Shown: positions 55,936 through 64,000, numbered from the stretch's first letter. The stretch: 64,000 bases of DNA from an uncultured Candidatus Saccharibacteria bacterium (GCA_964643545.1 CAZXTE010000003.1:52463-116462), one strand, 5' to 3'. Numbers and translations: made by a program. Notes: generated by a model from the letters alone, not told the origin.

Positions 55936-57105
55936 ATGCCTCCACAAGCACCAAATCAAACCTCAGCAATGCCCGAGATGCAAAAACCAAAAGTAATTCT
56001 CAACCCGTTCAAACACTTAATTAGTGGCGCTAAAAATATGTTTGCGACCAACGCTCTTGTTGCTTTGTTGACCATGGTGATTGCGAGTGTATTCTATTTT
56101 GTCGTCTTGTTTGGGTTTAGCAGACTTGTGGCAAAAGTTATCTCCGATTACCTGGCTGGCGGTTCGTTCCCTGTTGTTCGGTTTGTTATGGGAACTGTTG
56201 CGCTGCTCGCAATTCTTATTGTGGCCGCAAGTATTGTCAATCAGATCGTAATGCGCACCGTCGTTACAGGTTCGCGCAAACAAAAAGTAACTATCAAAGA
56301 GGCATTCACCCTTGTGTTGGGTAGGCTTGGCTTGTCGATACTTACGTTTCTTATTGTCTTTGGTGCAATTTTTGGCGTAGAGCTCTTTGTCATACTGACA
56401 GCTTTCCTTAAAGTGCCCGTACTAACCGCTCTGCTTGCCATCGCTGCAGCCGTACTCATCATTAAGGCAGTTCTAAATCTTTCTTTCATCGCATTTGTTT
56501 TAGTGGATGACGAAAAGCCAGACGGGGCAGTTGCGGCAATGAAACAAAGTTCACATCTTTGGAAAAGGAGCCGAGGCGCGCTGCTTATGTACTGGTTTCT
56601 TTGGTTTGGTATTAGCATTGTTTTCTCCCTGCTGACGGGCTTCGGATCGTACAAGGTAAGTACTTCAACTACATACTCAACAAGGGCAACTAGCTACACC
56701 ACGCCACAGACATATAATTCTTCAGAAGAGATTACAGTGGATGCAAATGACACATCACCAGATTGGGTTTTACCTCCGCCGTCACCCGACCGAAACGAAA
56801 AACGAGCAACTATCACTACGATGCCTGTAGCCTCTATGCTTCTGACCAGCGTGCTGAGCGGATTATTCAGTATCGTTCTATTCTCTGGGCTTGGTAAGAT
56901 CTATAACGATGCAAAAGTACTTGAGGGTTTGCCAGGGCAGCAGCTGGTGGGCGGTTCGCCTCCCAAATCTCCCGAGCAGCCATCAGCCATGCCAAACACA
57001 GAGCCACAATTACAAGCTACGCCAACTACTGCGATGCCTCCCGCACCCGAGGCAACCCCAGTCCCGGTTGAACAACCCCCAGCAGATCAACCGAAAGACC
57101 AATAG
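55936..57105 (+). CDS. Hypothetical polytopic membrane protein with S/T- and P-rich C-terminal regions
   Basis: Five to six TM helices and low-complexity C-terminal tails. Confidence 0.65.
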   Translation: MPPQAPNQTSAMPEMQKPKVILNPFKHLISGAKNMFATNALVALLTMVIASVFYFVVLFGFSRLVAKVISDYLAGGSFPVVRFVMGTVALLAILIVAASIVNQIVMRTVVTGSRKQKVTIKEAFTLVLGRLGLSILTFLIVFGAIFGVELFVILTAFLKVPVLTALLAIAAAVLIIKAVLNLSFIAFVLVDDEKPDGAVAAMKQSSHLWKRSRGALLMYWFLWFGISIVFSLLTGFGSYKVSTSTTYSTRATSYTTPQTYNSSEEITVDANDTSPDWVLPPPSPDRNEKRATITTMPVASMLLTSVLSGLFSIVLFSGLGKIYNDAKVLEGLPGQQLVGGSPPKSPEQPSAMPNTEPQLQATPTTAMPPAPEATPVPVEQPPADQPKDQ

Positions 57106-57155
57106 AGTACAGTGTTTACCTTCGCCGGCTAATCTGTTAGAATTGGCCGGTTAAT

Positions 57156-57232
57156 GGGCCAGTAGCTCAGCTGGTTAGAGCGTCTGCCTCTTAAGCAGAA
57201 TGTCGAGGGTTCGAGTCCCTCCTGGCCCTCCA
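57156..57232 (+). tRNA. tRNA-Lys (anticodon CUU), CCA encoded
   Basis: GGGCCAG...TCTGC-CTCTTAA-GCAGA...GAGGG-TTCGAGT-CCCTC-CTGGCCC-T-CCA. Confidence 0.93.
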
Positions 57233-57241
57233 ACTAAGAAC

Positions 57242-57264
57242 GCCATCCACCGGATGGCTTTTTT
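57242..57264 (+). terminator. Rho-independent terminator after tRNA-Lys(CUU)
   Basis: GCCATCC-ACC-GGATGGC followed by TTTTTT. Confidence 0.75.
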
Positions 57265-57392
57265 AGTTGGTCGGTTCAGTATGGATCCCGAACCCGAATG
57301 AGTGAGCACAGCGAACGGAGGGTTCGGTGTAGCGAGGCTACTCACAGGTGCTTGCACCGAGAACAACCGAGCGGAAAAGGACGAAGTCCGCT

Positions 57393-57411
57393 GTCCCTCC
57401 TGGCCCTCCAA
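57393..57411 (+). repeat. Exact 19-bp duplicate of the tRNA-Lys(CUU) 3' end (att-like copy 2)
   Basis: GTCCCTCCTGGCCCTCCAA occurs at 57215-57233 (inside and just past the tRNA) and again at 57393-57411. Confidence 0.9.
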
Positions 57412-57437
57412 GCATAAGTGTTATGAAATTTCTGTAG

Positions 57438-58808
57438 TTACTGAGCTGCGGTGTAAAGATTCCGCTTGAGTTGATAACCAGGCTTATCAGCATTTGCGAC
57501 CATTTCTACGACAACTTTGCCTCTAGCTACTAGTAAAACCAGCACATTGCGCATTGTTTCGCTCTTGATCGGCCTGCCTACCATTTCTCTGTATGCGTCT
57601 GTTAGTTCATGAAGCGTCCCCTGTCCACGCTCTGCAACAAGTGTCTCCACCTCAACTGCAGTGGCGAGAGTGCTTTTCTTTTGTGCATAGGGGGAAAACG
57701 CAAACGCTTTACTCATAATCTGAGCACGTTGTGCAGGATCTTGCTTTACTTCTTGCAAAAGCCCCAAGCCCTCTCTACGCATCCTTTCATCATCATCCTC
57801 TAGAATCTTTAGGATACTAAGGAACTCTTCTACAGCATCGTTGTGATCATCTTTGACACGAAAACGAGTTAGAGCACCATCGTTAAATCGCGCTGGATCG
57901 GCCTTTGTTATGCCCTTATAAAATCGCTGACTAAAATATGCGTTGTGGATTGCTCTTCGTACCTTCATTGGATCGACTTGCAAACCTTGATCGGATAATC
58001 TATTCAAGGTTAGCACTACTGCGTCATTGTAACCTATTGCTAGGGGAGCATCTCTGTCCGTTCTTTTAGCATCTAAGACAGCAATGACCTCGTACAGGGC
58101 CCGAGCAACTTCATAGCGAGGCTGGTTTGCAACGTTATCGGGCATGTGAGGGTCGACAATTAACAATTCTCTATCATCATCAAATTCCACAGTTTCTGCA
58201 CACAAAATACCTGCTACGGCAAGAGCGTTGACGGCTTTTGATATGCGCGTTCGCTCCTGCTTGTATTCAAGTGACTCCCAGTCTGGGTCAATAACGTCAG
58301 CAAAAGCTGCACGCACACTAAGGCCACCAATGGCGGGTGCGCTTATAGCATCTTCTAGCACCCGGCTTCTGGTTTCACCCGCACGAAACTTACCGCTAGA
58401 ATTAGTATTACCCAACAAATCCTGCAACGACACATTTGGGTAGCGTAAACTCCAGTCCAGTAAGAACCCGGCGGCTGGTACGGCTAACCTCTCTCCATAA
58501 TCTGTTAACCTATGCGCGCGAGCCTCAATCTGCCTTGCAATAACCAACTCCTCTGATACGGTACCTGCTGGAACGAGGCTCTGCCGACAATAACTATAGG
58601 CGGCCATAGAATTGGGCACCCAAGTCGGGTACTCCTGCTGTGGTTCGTTCATTGCCCTGTGTAACTGGCTAGCCGTAAGTGCAGTAGGTTGACAATCGAG
58701 AGCCATAAACACCATCAATTTCGCCTCGTGATTAAATGCCCGCGAGGCTAGCTCGGGTATAGACTGTGGCGTATCAATAGTCGTTGCAGACATTAGTATA
58801 TTATACAA
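57438..58808 (-). CDS. Hypothetical protein (456 aa), possibly with winged-helix-like segments
   Basis: Long clean ORF. wHTH-like stretches at the N- and C-termini (judged by eye, weak). No family recognised. Confidence 0.65.
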   Translation of the reverse strand: MYNILMSATTIDTPQSIPELASRAFNHEAKLMVFMALDCQPTALTASQLHRAMNEPQQEYPTWVPNSMAAYSYCRQSLVPAGTVSEELVIARQIEARAHRLTDYGERLAVPAAGFLLDWSLRYPNVSLQDLLGNTNSSGKFRAGETRSRVLEDAISAPAIGGLSVRAAFADVIDPDWESLEYKQERTRISKAVNALAVAGILCAETVEFDDDRELLIVDPHMPDNVANQPRYEVARALYEVIAVLDAKRTDRDAPLAIGYNDAVVLTLNRLSDQGLQVDPMKVRRAIHNAYFSQRFYKGITKADPARFNDGALTRFRVKDDHNDAVEEFLSILKILEDDDERMRREGLGLLQEVKQDPAQRAQIMSKAFAFSPYAQKKSTLATAVEVETLVAERGQGTLHELTDAYREMVGRPIKSETMRNVLVLLVARGKVVVEMVANADKPGYQLKRNLYTAAQ

Positions 58809-58888
58809 TAAAGTATGAAAATATACTACTATTGGGCTTCTGAGAGAACTATCAGATGATTTAAGTCGTATAGTTTAGTTGCAATTAG

Positions 58889-58908
58889 CTCTACGATGGC
58901 CCTCCAAT
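58889..58908 (+). repeat. att-like copy 3: CTCTACGATGGCCCTCCAAT
   Basis: An 11-nt match (TGGCCCTCCAA) to the tRNA 3' end, and 17/20 identity to copy 5, including the non-tRNA arm CTCTACGA. Confidence 0.7.
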
Positions 58909-59016
58909 CCTGATTTTATTTTAAATCCTCAGCCCGACGAGTTTCTCTTTGCTTGCAATTGATTAATAAAGTGATACACTTCACACGATTATTAAGGGTG
59001 GTGAGTTAAGGAACGT

Positions 59017-59583
59017 ATGGCCGATATTATTGAGTGCGTTGAACCTACAGGATTTGAAGCGGTTGACGGCACCTGGCAGTTTGACCTCGACTTTTACCGA
59101 GAAATAGGTTTGAATCTTGCACCCCTTGAAGATCCGAGCGAAACTGCAGCAATGCCAAGACTTCGAAGGGCTGCTGGACTTTTTGTGGCCACAGAAACCA
59201 GCACAAAGGCGAGTCCCGATCAGCAGGAGCGAGCTAGGACCTTACTCCTTGATGCACACTCAGCTGTTGGCCAGCTTATGCGCCAAGCACTACGCGGCAT
59301 TAGCTATGACGGGATAGATGAAGATCATCCTGCTGTTGTTGCATGGAAAGAGCGAGACCCGGAAGCTGCAAGAAGACAATGTCAACCGAACGGACCAATG
59401 TTTAATCAGCTGGACTGGATTTATCTTGGGCTCGTACGAGAACGAATGCCAGACATCGATTCTGATACTGGAACGGCAAAGTACGTTCCCATAGTCATCC
59501 CCGGCACGAATCATTATCGCACTCCCACTGAAGTTGCTAGTCAGCTCACGCTTGCACGTGCAGGCGTTTGGTGGGATATATAA
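59017..59583 (+). CDS. Hypothetical protein (188 aa)
   Basis: ORF with an upstream GGTGGTGAG purine-rich stretch. No family recognised. Confidence 0.6.
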   Translation: MADIIECVEPTGFEAVDGTWQFDLDFYREIGLNLAPLEDPSETAAMPRLRRAAGLFVATETSTKASPDQQERARTLLLDAHSAVGQLMRQALRGISYDGIDEDHPAVVAWKERDPEAARRQCQPNGPMFNQLDWIYLGLVRERMPDIDSDTGTAKYVPIVIPGTNHYRTPTEVASQLTLARAGVWWDI

Positions 59584-59601
59584 GTTGCAATAGGTAGCAC
59601 T

Positions 59602-59614
59602 ATGACCCTCCAAT
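59602..59614 (+). repeat. att-like copy 4 (degenerate): ATGACCCTCCAAT
   Basis: Matches copy 3 (ATGGCCCTCCAAT) at 12/13 positions. It lies in the 59583/59661 intergenic gap. Confidence 0.5.
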
Positions 59615-59660
59615 GCGCTTATGATTGCAAGTTTATCCATGCTAGTTTACTGTAAGTGAT

Positions 59661-59951
59661 ATGCCTGAAACAGAAGCAGTATCCGCTCAAGCATCTCCGA
59701 ACGGAACACCCCTTATAACACGTCGACATTTAATAGGCGGTGGCTTAGCCGTCGGCCTGTTTGCTGCTGCCGGAGGGATCGGAATATATTTAGGTAGAGA
59801 TGGCGGACCGACACCAACTGAGAGGGATATTATTGAAGGAATTGAGAGTGAGTGGCAAAATGTAGCTGTTTTTGCAGGTGGCCTTGTGTTGGGCTCAGAG
59901 ACGAAATTAAACAGAAGCCCTGACTTCGGGGAAGACCAAGAGGTCGAATGA
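59661..59951 (+). CDS. Tat-signal-like N-terminal part of a gene interrupted by in-frame TGA
   Basis: TRRHLIGGGLAVGLFAAAGG looks like a twin-arginine signal. It ends at TGA 59949-59951 in the same frame as 59967..61085. Confidence 0.55.
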   Translation: MPETEAVSAQASPNGTPLITRRHLIGGGLAVGLFAAAGGIGIYLGRDGGPTPTERDIIEGIESEWQNVAVFAGGLVLGSETKLNRSPDFGEDQEVE

Positions 59952-59966
59952 CCTGCTCAGGGAAAA

Positions 59967-61085
59967 GTGCTTGGCGTAAGAAGACCAGTAATGGTCGCTC
60001 AGTCCACTGATATGAATGGATACGATAGCGGAGAGATTGACCCTAATGTTATGGGCCTGTGGCTTCCTGGCTCATCCGATCAACTAGTATTCGCGCGGTA
60101 TAATCGTAGCGACTCATTTTGGCCCATCTACAGAGGAAGGGACACTGGCTATACTAAAGATCTTGGGCAGATGACGGGTGAAACTGTCAAGCTCGAACCA
60201 GGTGGTAGTCCTCGTCATTTTATTGTAGAACGTCCAGAGTATAAGGATAAGGAGTCTCGTACTCGCCGCAAAGACGTGGGGCGGTCGGCTGCTATAAGTC
60301 CTACAGAAGTGCGTGCATTCGTGAGAAGCCTAGAAGAAACGTATGGAGGATTTGAAATAAGAGACTGGGTAGAGTACTCAGGGCTTGGCCAAGATTTTCA
60401 GCAAGTTGACGAAGGGTATTTTGACGACACATCTGAAATTTCGGATAAGCTGACTGATAAGATTTCTCGAGGGCTTGAGTCTGATTGGAGCGATATTAAT
60501 GTCTTCGGTGGGGTTGTGGGTATTAACAAGACTTCTTCGGTATTTAGCGACCCAAGGCTTGTCAAAGGCAGTGAAGTCGAATGGCCGAAAGACTACCCCC
60601 ATGCAGTGGTAGTTCGACCTATGTTCGTAGTTGGCTCTAGCAGAATAAATATAGATGGTGAAGAACTAGAACAAGTTGAAAAGGCCATCAGGCGTACAAC
60701 TATAGGTTTCTGGCTGCCTGGTCCAAATCGATTTGTTTATATGGATACACAAACCAATTCAGGCAACATGATACCTATAGCGAGAGGATTCTATCCTGAC
60801 CAAGTAAAGGCTAATGGGCTCTTAGGATATGACGTATCTCTAGACGGCAGAGAAGCAAAAGGAGGCGTTTCCTTCCCTTACTTTAATGATGAATATAGCG
60901 AGCAAATTGCTGAAGGGGGATATGATGAGGAGACCTCCAGTTATACGCGACCTCAGTACGAACGGAGAATCCGACGAGCATTAGTGGGGCATAGTCTAGG
61001 GTTCTCTAGCGGTGCTGATGCTGTAGCCACTCTCGACGCTTTTTCTACGGGTGACATGGCCCAACCTCTAATACTAGAAGACTAA
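59967..61085 (+). CDS. Hypothetical protein, downstream part of the same reading frame (internal tandem domain duplication)
   Basis: Same frame as 59661..59951. The sequence spanning the TGA aligns with an internal repeat (ESDWSDINVFGG...SEVEWP...VVRPMFVVGS...GFWLPGPNRFVY). Confidence 0.6.
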   Translation: MLGVRRPVMVAQSTDMNGYDSGEIDPNVMGLWLPGSSDQLVFARYNRSDSFWPIYRGRDTGYTKDLGQMTGETVKLEPGGSPRHFIVERPEYKDKESRTRRKDVGRSAAISPTEVRAFVRSLEETYGGFEIRDWVEYSGLGQDFQQVDEGYFDDTSEISDKLTDKISRGLESDWSDINVFGGVVGINKTSSVFSDPRLVKGSEVEWPKDYPHAVVVRPMFVVGSSRINIDGEELEQVEKAIRRTTIGFWLPGPNRFVYMDTQTNSGNMIPIARGFYPDQVKANGLLGYDVSLDGREAKGGVSFPYFNDEYSEQIAEGGYDEETSSYTRPQYERRIRRALVGHSLGFSSGADAVATLDAFSTGDMAQPLILED

Positions 61086-61122
61086 CATTTGTACTAACCC
61101 TAGGAATCTTAGTTGTAACGGA

Positions 61123-61143
61123 CTCTACGAAGGCCCTTCAACT
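61123..61143 (+). repeat. att-like copy 5: CTCTACGAAGGCCCTTCAACT
   Basis: GGCCCTTCAACT against the tRNA end plus flank GGCCCTCCAACT (11/12). It shares the CTCTACGA arm with copy 3 and lies in the 61085/61165 gap. Confidence 0.65.
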
Positions 61144-61164
61144 CGGTTATGCTACGATTATTGC

Positions 61165-61587
61165 ATGGCGAAGAGAGACAAAAGAGTAGACTGGGGACTA
61201 ACATTCCTTCTGATCCCATCTCAGATTATTCGGCATATATACTACAAATATTTTTTGAACCGCTTAAGTCGAGAGAGTCAGCTTCTCCCACTTAGATCCC
61301 CGGGAAGAAGTTTTAATGTAGATTCATTGTTAGTAGCTAAATTACCGATGCGTATCTTCGCAATAATTTTGTCCATTCTCTCGACAGCTTTAGTTAGCTT
61401 AGTGTCGCTACCATTGTTAATTAGGACAGACCGTCTAGATAGGTACCGGGGCAGGAGCTTGCCAGAAACAATTGGCGTTCTGTTAGCAACCTGGCTATTT
61501 GTATGGGGCATTCGCAACACGATATGGATGGTGCGCCATTTCAAGTTCACACTAGCAGAATTTAAAGTAAGGTATGGCGCAAAATAA
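61165..61587 (+). CDS. Hypothetical membrane protein (140 aa)
   Basis: Two to three TM helices. No family recognised. Confidence 0.55.
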   Translation: MAKRDKRVDWGLTFLLIPSQIIRHIYYKYFLNRLSRESQLLPLRSPGRSFNVDSLLVAKLPMRIFAIILSILSTALVSLVSLPLLIRTDRLDRYRGRSLPETIGVLLATWLFVWGIRNTIWMVRHFKFTLAEFKVRYGAK

Positions 61588-61792
61588 ATCTACGCGAGCC
61601 TTAGTGCAGCAAGCTCTCCAATACGTAACAAGAATACATGACTTTGAAGACGGATTTATCTTACTCGCAGAAGCGTGACGAATAATCTTGGAAATGATCA
61701 CCGGTATCGTTTATTGTCAGTCGCGGTATTAAAGTTTTGTGTTTTGGTGTATAAATTGGCTACAGAATAACACAGGAATCAAGGAGCGATCT

Positions 61793-62161
61793 ATGAATCT
61801 AAATGGTGTCCAGATGGGTGCTGAGAACGCAAAGGAACTAGCAAAATTTTATGCAAAATCATTTGGTGAGCCAAAATGGGCAATGCCGGGAGATTGGTAT
61901 GGATGGGATATCGGTGGAGGTCATATATTTTTTGGACCTCATAGCGAAGTAAAAGGTATGGCATCCGAACCGCAGAGAATTATGATAGCGCTTGAGGCGA
62001 AAGATGTTCAGAAATCTTACGACAAATTAATAGCTGCTGGCGGTAAAGAAGTGGCCAAGCCATACAATCCCGACCCAAAAAATGAGCAATTCATGCAAGC
62101 TACGGTAGCCGACCCAGAGGGTAATTATTTGCAGCTTGCCAGCCCTTGGGGCGATATGTAA
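61793..62161 (+). CDS. VOC/glyoxalase-family protein
   Basis: AAGGAG SD before ATG 61793. Small beta-alpha-beta-beta-beta-like protein ending ...VADPEGNYLQL, typical of the glyoxalase/bleomycin-resistance fold. Confidence 0.65.
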   Translation: MNLNGVQMGAENAKELAKFYAKSFGEPKWAMPGDWYGWDIGGGHIFFGPHSEVKGMASEPQRIMIALEAKDVQKSYDKLIAAGGKEVAKPYNPDPKNEQFMQATVADPEGNYLQLASPWGDM

Positions 62162-62279
62162 TCCTGGCATCGTCTCATCGTTTGCTTTATGGCGACGATT
62201 TTTAAGACGTCGCATCTTACTTTAAGTGCTGTTTCCATAGCTAATAGAGAAAGTACTGATTTATACTTAGATACGGCAT

Positions 62280-62726
62280 ATGGCTGAAGTAATGATCTTT
62301 GACTGGAAGCGTACGCTCTACGACCCCGAGCATAGAGTCTTAATGAATGGTTCCATGGATGTTTTGCAGCACTTGGCGACCAGAGGCCTAAAGATGTATC
62401 TTGTTGGTAAAGACTCATTCGGAGACATGCCAATTGAGACGCAGCGCCTCGGCGTTGCCGGTTTTTTTCACAAGATTCATTTTGTTCCGGGAGCCAAGAC
62501 CGATGATGACATTGGTCAGTTTATAAATCATGACTTTCCCGAGGGGTCTGTAGTGGTCGGGGATAGAGTTCGCTCTGAGATTGCAGTGGGGAATCGCCTT
62601 GGTGCAAAAACAGTTTGGCTAGAGAAGGGTAGGTTTGCCAGTGAGCGTCCGTTACTACCCGACCAAGTGCCCGATTATACAATTGCGGATATTATTGAGT
62701 TAATCCCTCTCAGTGAAACTTTGTAA
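62280..62726 (+). CDS. HAD-superfamily hydrolase-like protein
   Basis: N-terminal IFDWKRTL in place of the canonical DxDGTL motif, with a late VVGDRVRSEI (motif IV-like). Confidence 0.55.
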   Translation: MAEVMIFDWKRTLYDPEHRVLMNGSMDVLQHLATRGLKMYLVGKDSFGDMPIETQRLGVAGFFHKIHFVPGAKTDDDIGQFINHDFPEGSVVVGDRVRSEIAVGNRLGAKTVWLEKGRFASERPLLPDQVPDYTIADIIELIPLSETL

Positions 62727-62748
62727 AAAAGCAGCACTGGCTAGATAG

Positions 62749-63309
62749 TTAACGGCCTCCACTTGTGGGTTTGTAATTCTGGAAGGTATCTCGAATTGCG
62801 AAAAAAGCTTGCTTTGGCGTATAGTCACTTCTGAAAAGTAACGGGTCAGCATCGTCTAAACCGATTCCGTTATACCAACTTTGGCGATCGATAAGCCCAA
62901 GAAAGCCAAAGTTGCGGCAAATTTTCGGCCCCACCTGCAAACAGGCTTTTAGCATATCGGCATAAATCCCTGCCTGCCGTTGCTCTTTCTCTTTATCGCT
63001 TCCTTTGGAGTCGTGCATGTTTACGTCAAATTCAGTGATGTATACTTTTAATCCCAGATCGGCGAATCTACGCATGTTGGAGACTACTTTTTCTGTTGAT
63101 GGGTTGTTGACGCTACTGATGTGCATCTGCATACCGATTGCATCTATTGGTATGCCACGAGACTTGGCGCCTTTAATGTAGTCGTACATCAAATTCGAAA
63201 TATCGCTCTCAGTTTCATTGCCAAAATCGTTTAAAATTAATACAGCATTCGGATCGGCTTCTCTTGCCCAAATAAAGGCATTGTCGATGCCGGTAGAATT
63301 AATCGCTCC
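62749..63309 (-). pseudogene. Glycoside hydrolase family 10 (xylanase-like) C-terminal fragment, N-terminal half missing
   Basis: The frame is open without a start from 63324. ...AREADPNAVLILNDFGNE...PIDAIGMQMHI...VYITEFDV (nucleophile Glu motif) are present, but the N-terminal ~150 aa of the GH10 barrel, including the acid/base Glu, are absent. Confidence 0.6.
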
Positions 63310-63697
63310 AACGGACGAATATGGTCAGCGGTTGCTGAGTAGACAAGTAAAATCGGCTGACGCCGAAAATGTGATGGGAATAACGAACAACCAAACTAAA
63401 CGAGAGATTAGCCGCTTGGCGGAACGTGCTTTTATTGCCCTTGGTGCTCGTGACTACGGTCGTATTGATGTTCGAATGGATGCAGGGGGAAACGCAAACT
63501 TCCTAGAGGCAAATCTTATCCCAAGCCTCATTGCCGATTACGGCAGTTTCCCAAAAGCATGTTCGCTTAATAATCAAATTGATTACGAGTCGATGATTTT
63601 GCGCATTGTTCGGTTGGGTTTTGCGCGTAATGTTGGTGCTAGCGAAGACGTTCGCGAATCATTCACACCAAATACTACCAGTCCCGCGTACTTCTGA
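63300..63697 (+). pseudogene. D-alanine-D-alanine ligase-like (ATP-grasp) C-terminal fragment
   Basis: ...REISRLAERAFIALGARDYGRIDVRMDAGGNANFLEANLIPSL...SFPKAC...YESMILRIVRLG matches only the last ~110 aa of Ddl-type ligases. The upstream part of the ORF is antisense to the GH10 fragment. Confidence 0.55.
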
Positions 63698-63699
63698 TA

Positions 63700-63906
63700 C
63701 TACTTTTTGCTTGTGTTTGAAGCTTTGCCCAGTTGATTCGTCCAAATAAGCGCATCAACGAGCCACCAAACACCAAAACCACCCAGGGTGAGTAGCTTAA
63801 AGATCCCTAGGCCAATGTCACCTTTATAAATGCGATCTGCACCTAAAAAGCCGATAGACCAACTGATGATTGTCCCCACTAATAGCCATGTGTATTCTTT
63901 GTTCAT
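63700..63906 (-). CDS. TM2 domain-containing membrane protein
   Basis: GADRIYKGDIGLGIFKLLTLGGFGVWWLVD is the TM2-domain signature. Confidence 0.8.
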   Translation of the reverse strand: MNKEYTWLLVGTIISWSIGFLGADRIYKGDIGLGIFKLLTLGGFGVWWLVDALIWTNQLGKASNTSKK

Positions 63907-64000
63907 AGCGTCTCCTCTCTAACACTATTATATACCCGCTACACTAACTTTTGGGGCGCGGGAAGGTGTATACTTTTGGTATAAAAGGAGGGTATATGAG

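Larger units (their letters stand above)
57233..61143. mobile_element. Putative degraded or tandem integrative-element array at tRNA-Lys(CUU); no integrase present
   Basis: Five direct-orientation copies of the tRNA 3' end core delimit four segments (159 bp, 1.5 kb, 0.7 kb, 1.5 kb) that contain only orphan genes. Confidence 0.5.

Noticed and set aside
1-64000. Possibility that the organism uses an alternative code (TGA as Gly or Trp, as in some CPR lineages and Mollicutes), prompted by the two in-frame TGA codons
   Set aside because: Well-recognised core genes end on TGA at the expected protein length, often in ATGA overlaps: lysE/dnaJ at 1188-1191, comEC/yebC at 15018-21, and the hydrolase at 26704-06. 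Genome-wide recoding is therefore not supported. Only element-specific explanations remain.
1-64000. CRISPR arrays, rRNA genes and IS elements with terminal inverted repeats
   Set aside because: No regularly spaced short direct repeats, no rRNA-like sequence and no transposase ORFs were seen while reading the window.

Overview
The window looks like a chromosomal segment of a small-genome, monoderm-type CPR/Patescibacteria bacterium, probably Saccharibacteria-like. That placement is an inference from gene content: type IV pilin, ComEC, LTD-domain and sortase-type surface proteins, RimK, very short intergenic gaps, and CCA encoded in every tRNA. Standard genetic code 11 applies, because core genes terminate on TGA in ATGA overlaps. 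Most of the window is housekeeping: dnaJ, yebC-ruvC-ruvA-ruvB, recA/recX, tsaE-tsaB, rny, purD, murA, glyA, murB, lnt-like, folC-folA, a P1B-ATPase, NUDIX and MBL hydrolases, and 7 tRNA genes. Accessory content is concentrated in three places. (1) A roughly 6.6 kb island sits immediately 3' of tRNA-Lys(UUU). It carries a large serine recombinase whose ORF runs antisense through the tRNA, plus six cargo ORFs with little or no assignable function (a nucleoside 2-deoxyribosyltransferase-like gene, two HTH proteins, a 412-aa orphan, and two acidic orphans behind a perfect consensus promoter). (2) Beside a pilin gene lie two tandem giant CSLREA/beta-helix/DUF11 surface proteins whose first 248 bp are 100% identical. 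A 1031-aa vWA surface protein lies about 19 kb further downstream (43413..46508). All three end in a non-canonical xTGQ sorting signal. (3) A roughly 4 kb island 3' of tRNA-Lys(CUU) has every intergenic gap marked by a copy, or decayed copy, of the tRNA 3' end (GGCCCTCCAA). It has no integrase, and it contains a gene interrupted by an in-frame TGA that aligns with Trp in the gene's own internal repeat. Other oddities are an HTH-MurA fusion with a palindrome at its start, a probable AUU-initiated secreted protein, and head-to-head GH10 and Ddl gene fragments. No CRISPR array, rRNA or reverse transcriptase was seen. All functional calls come from motif recognition by eye; no database search was run.
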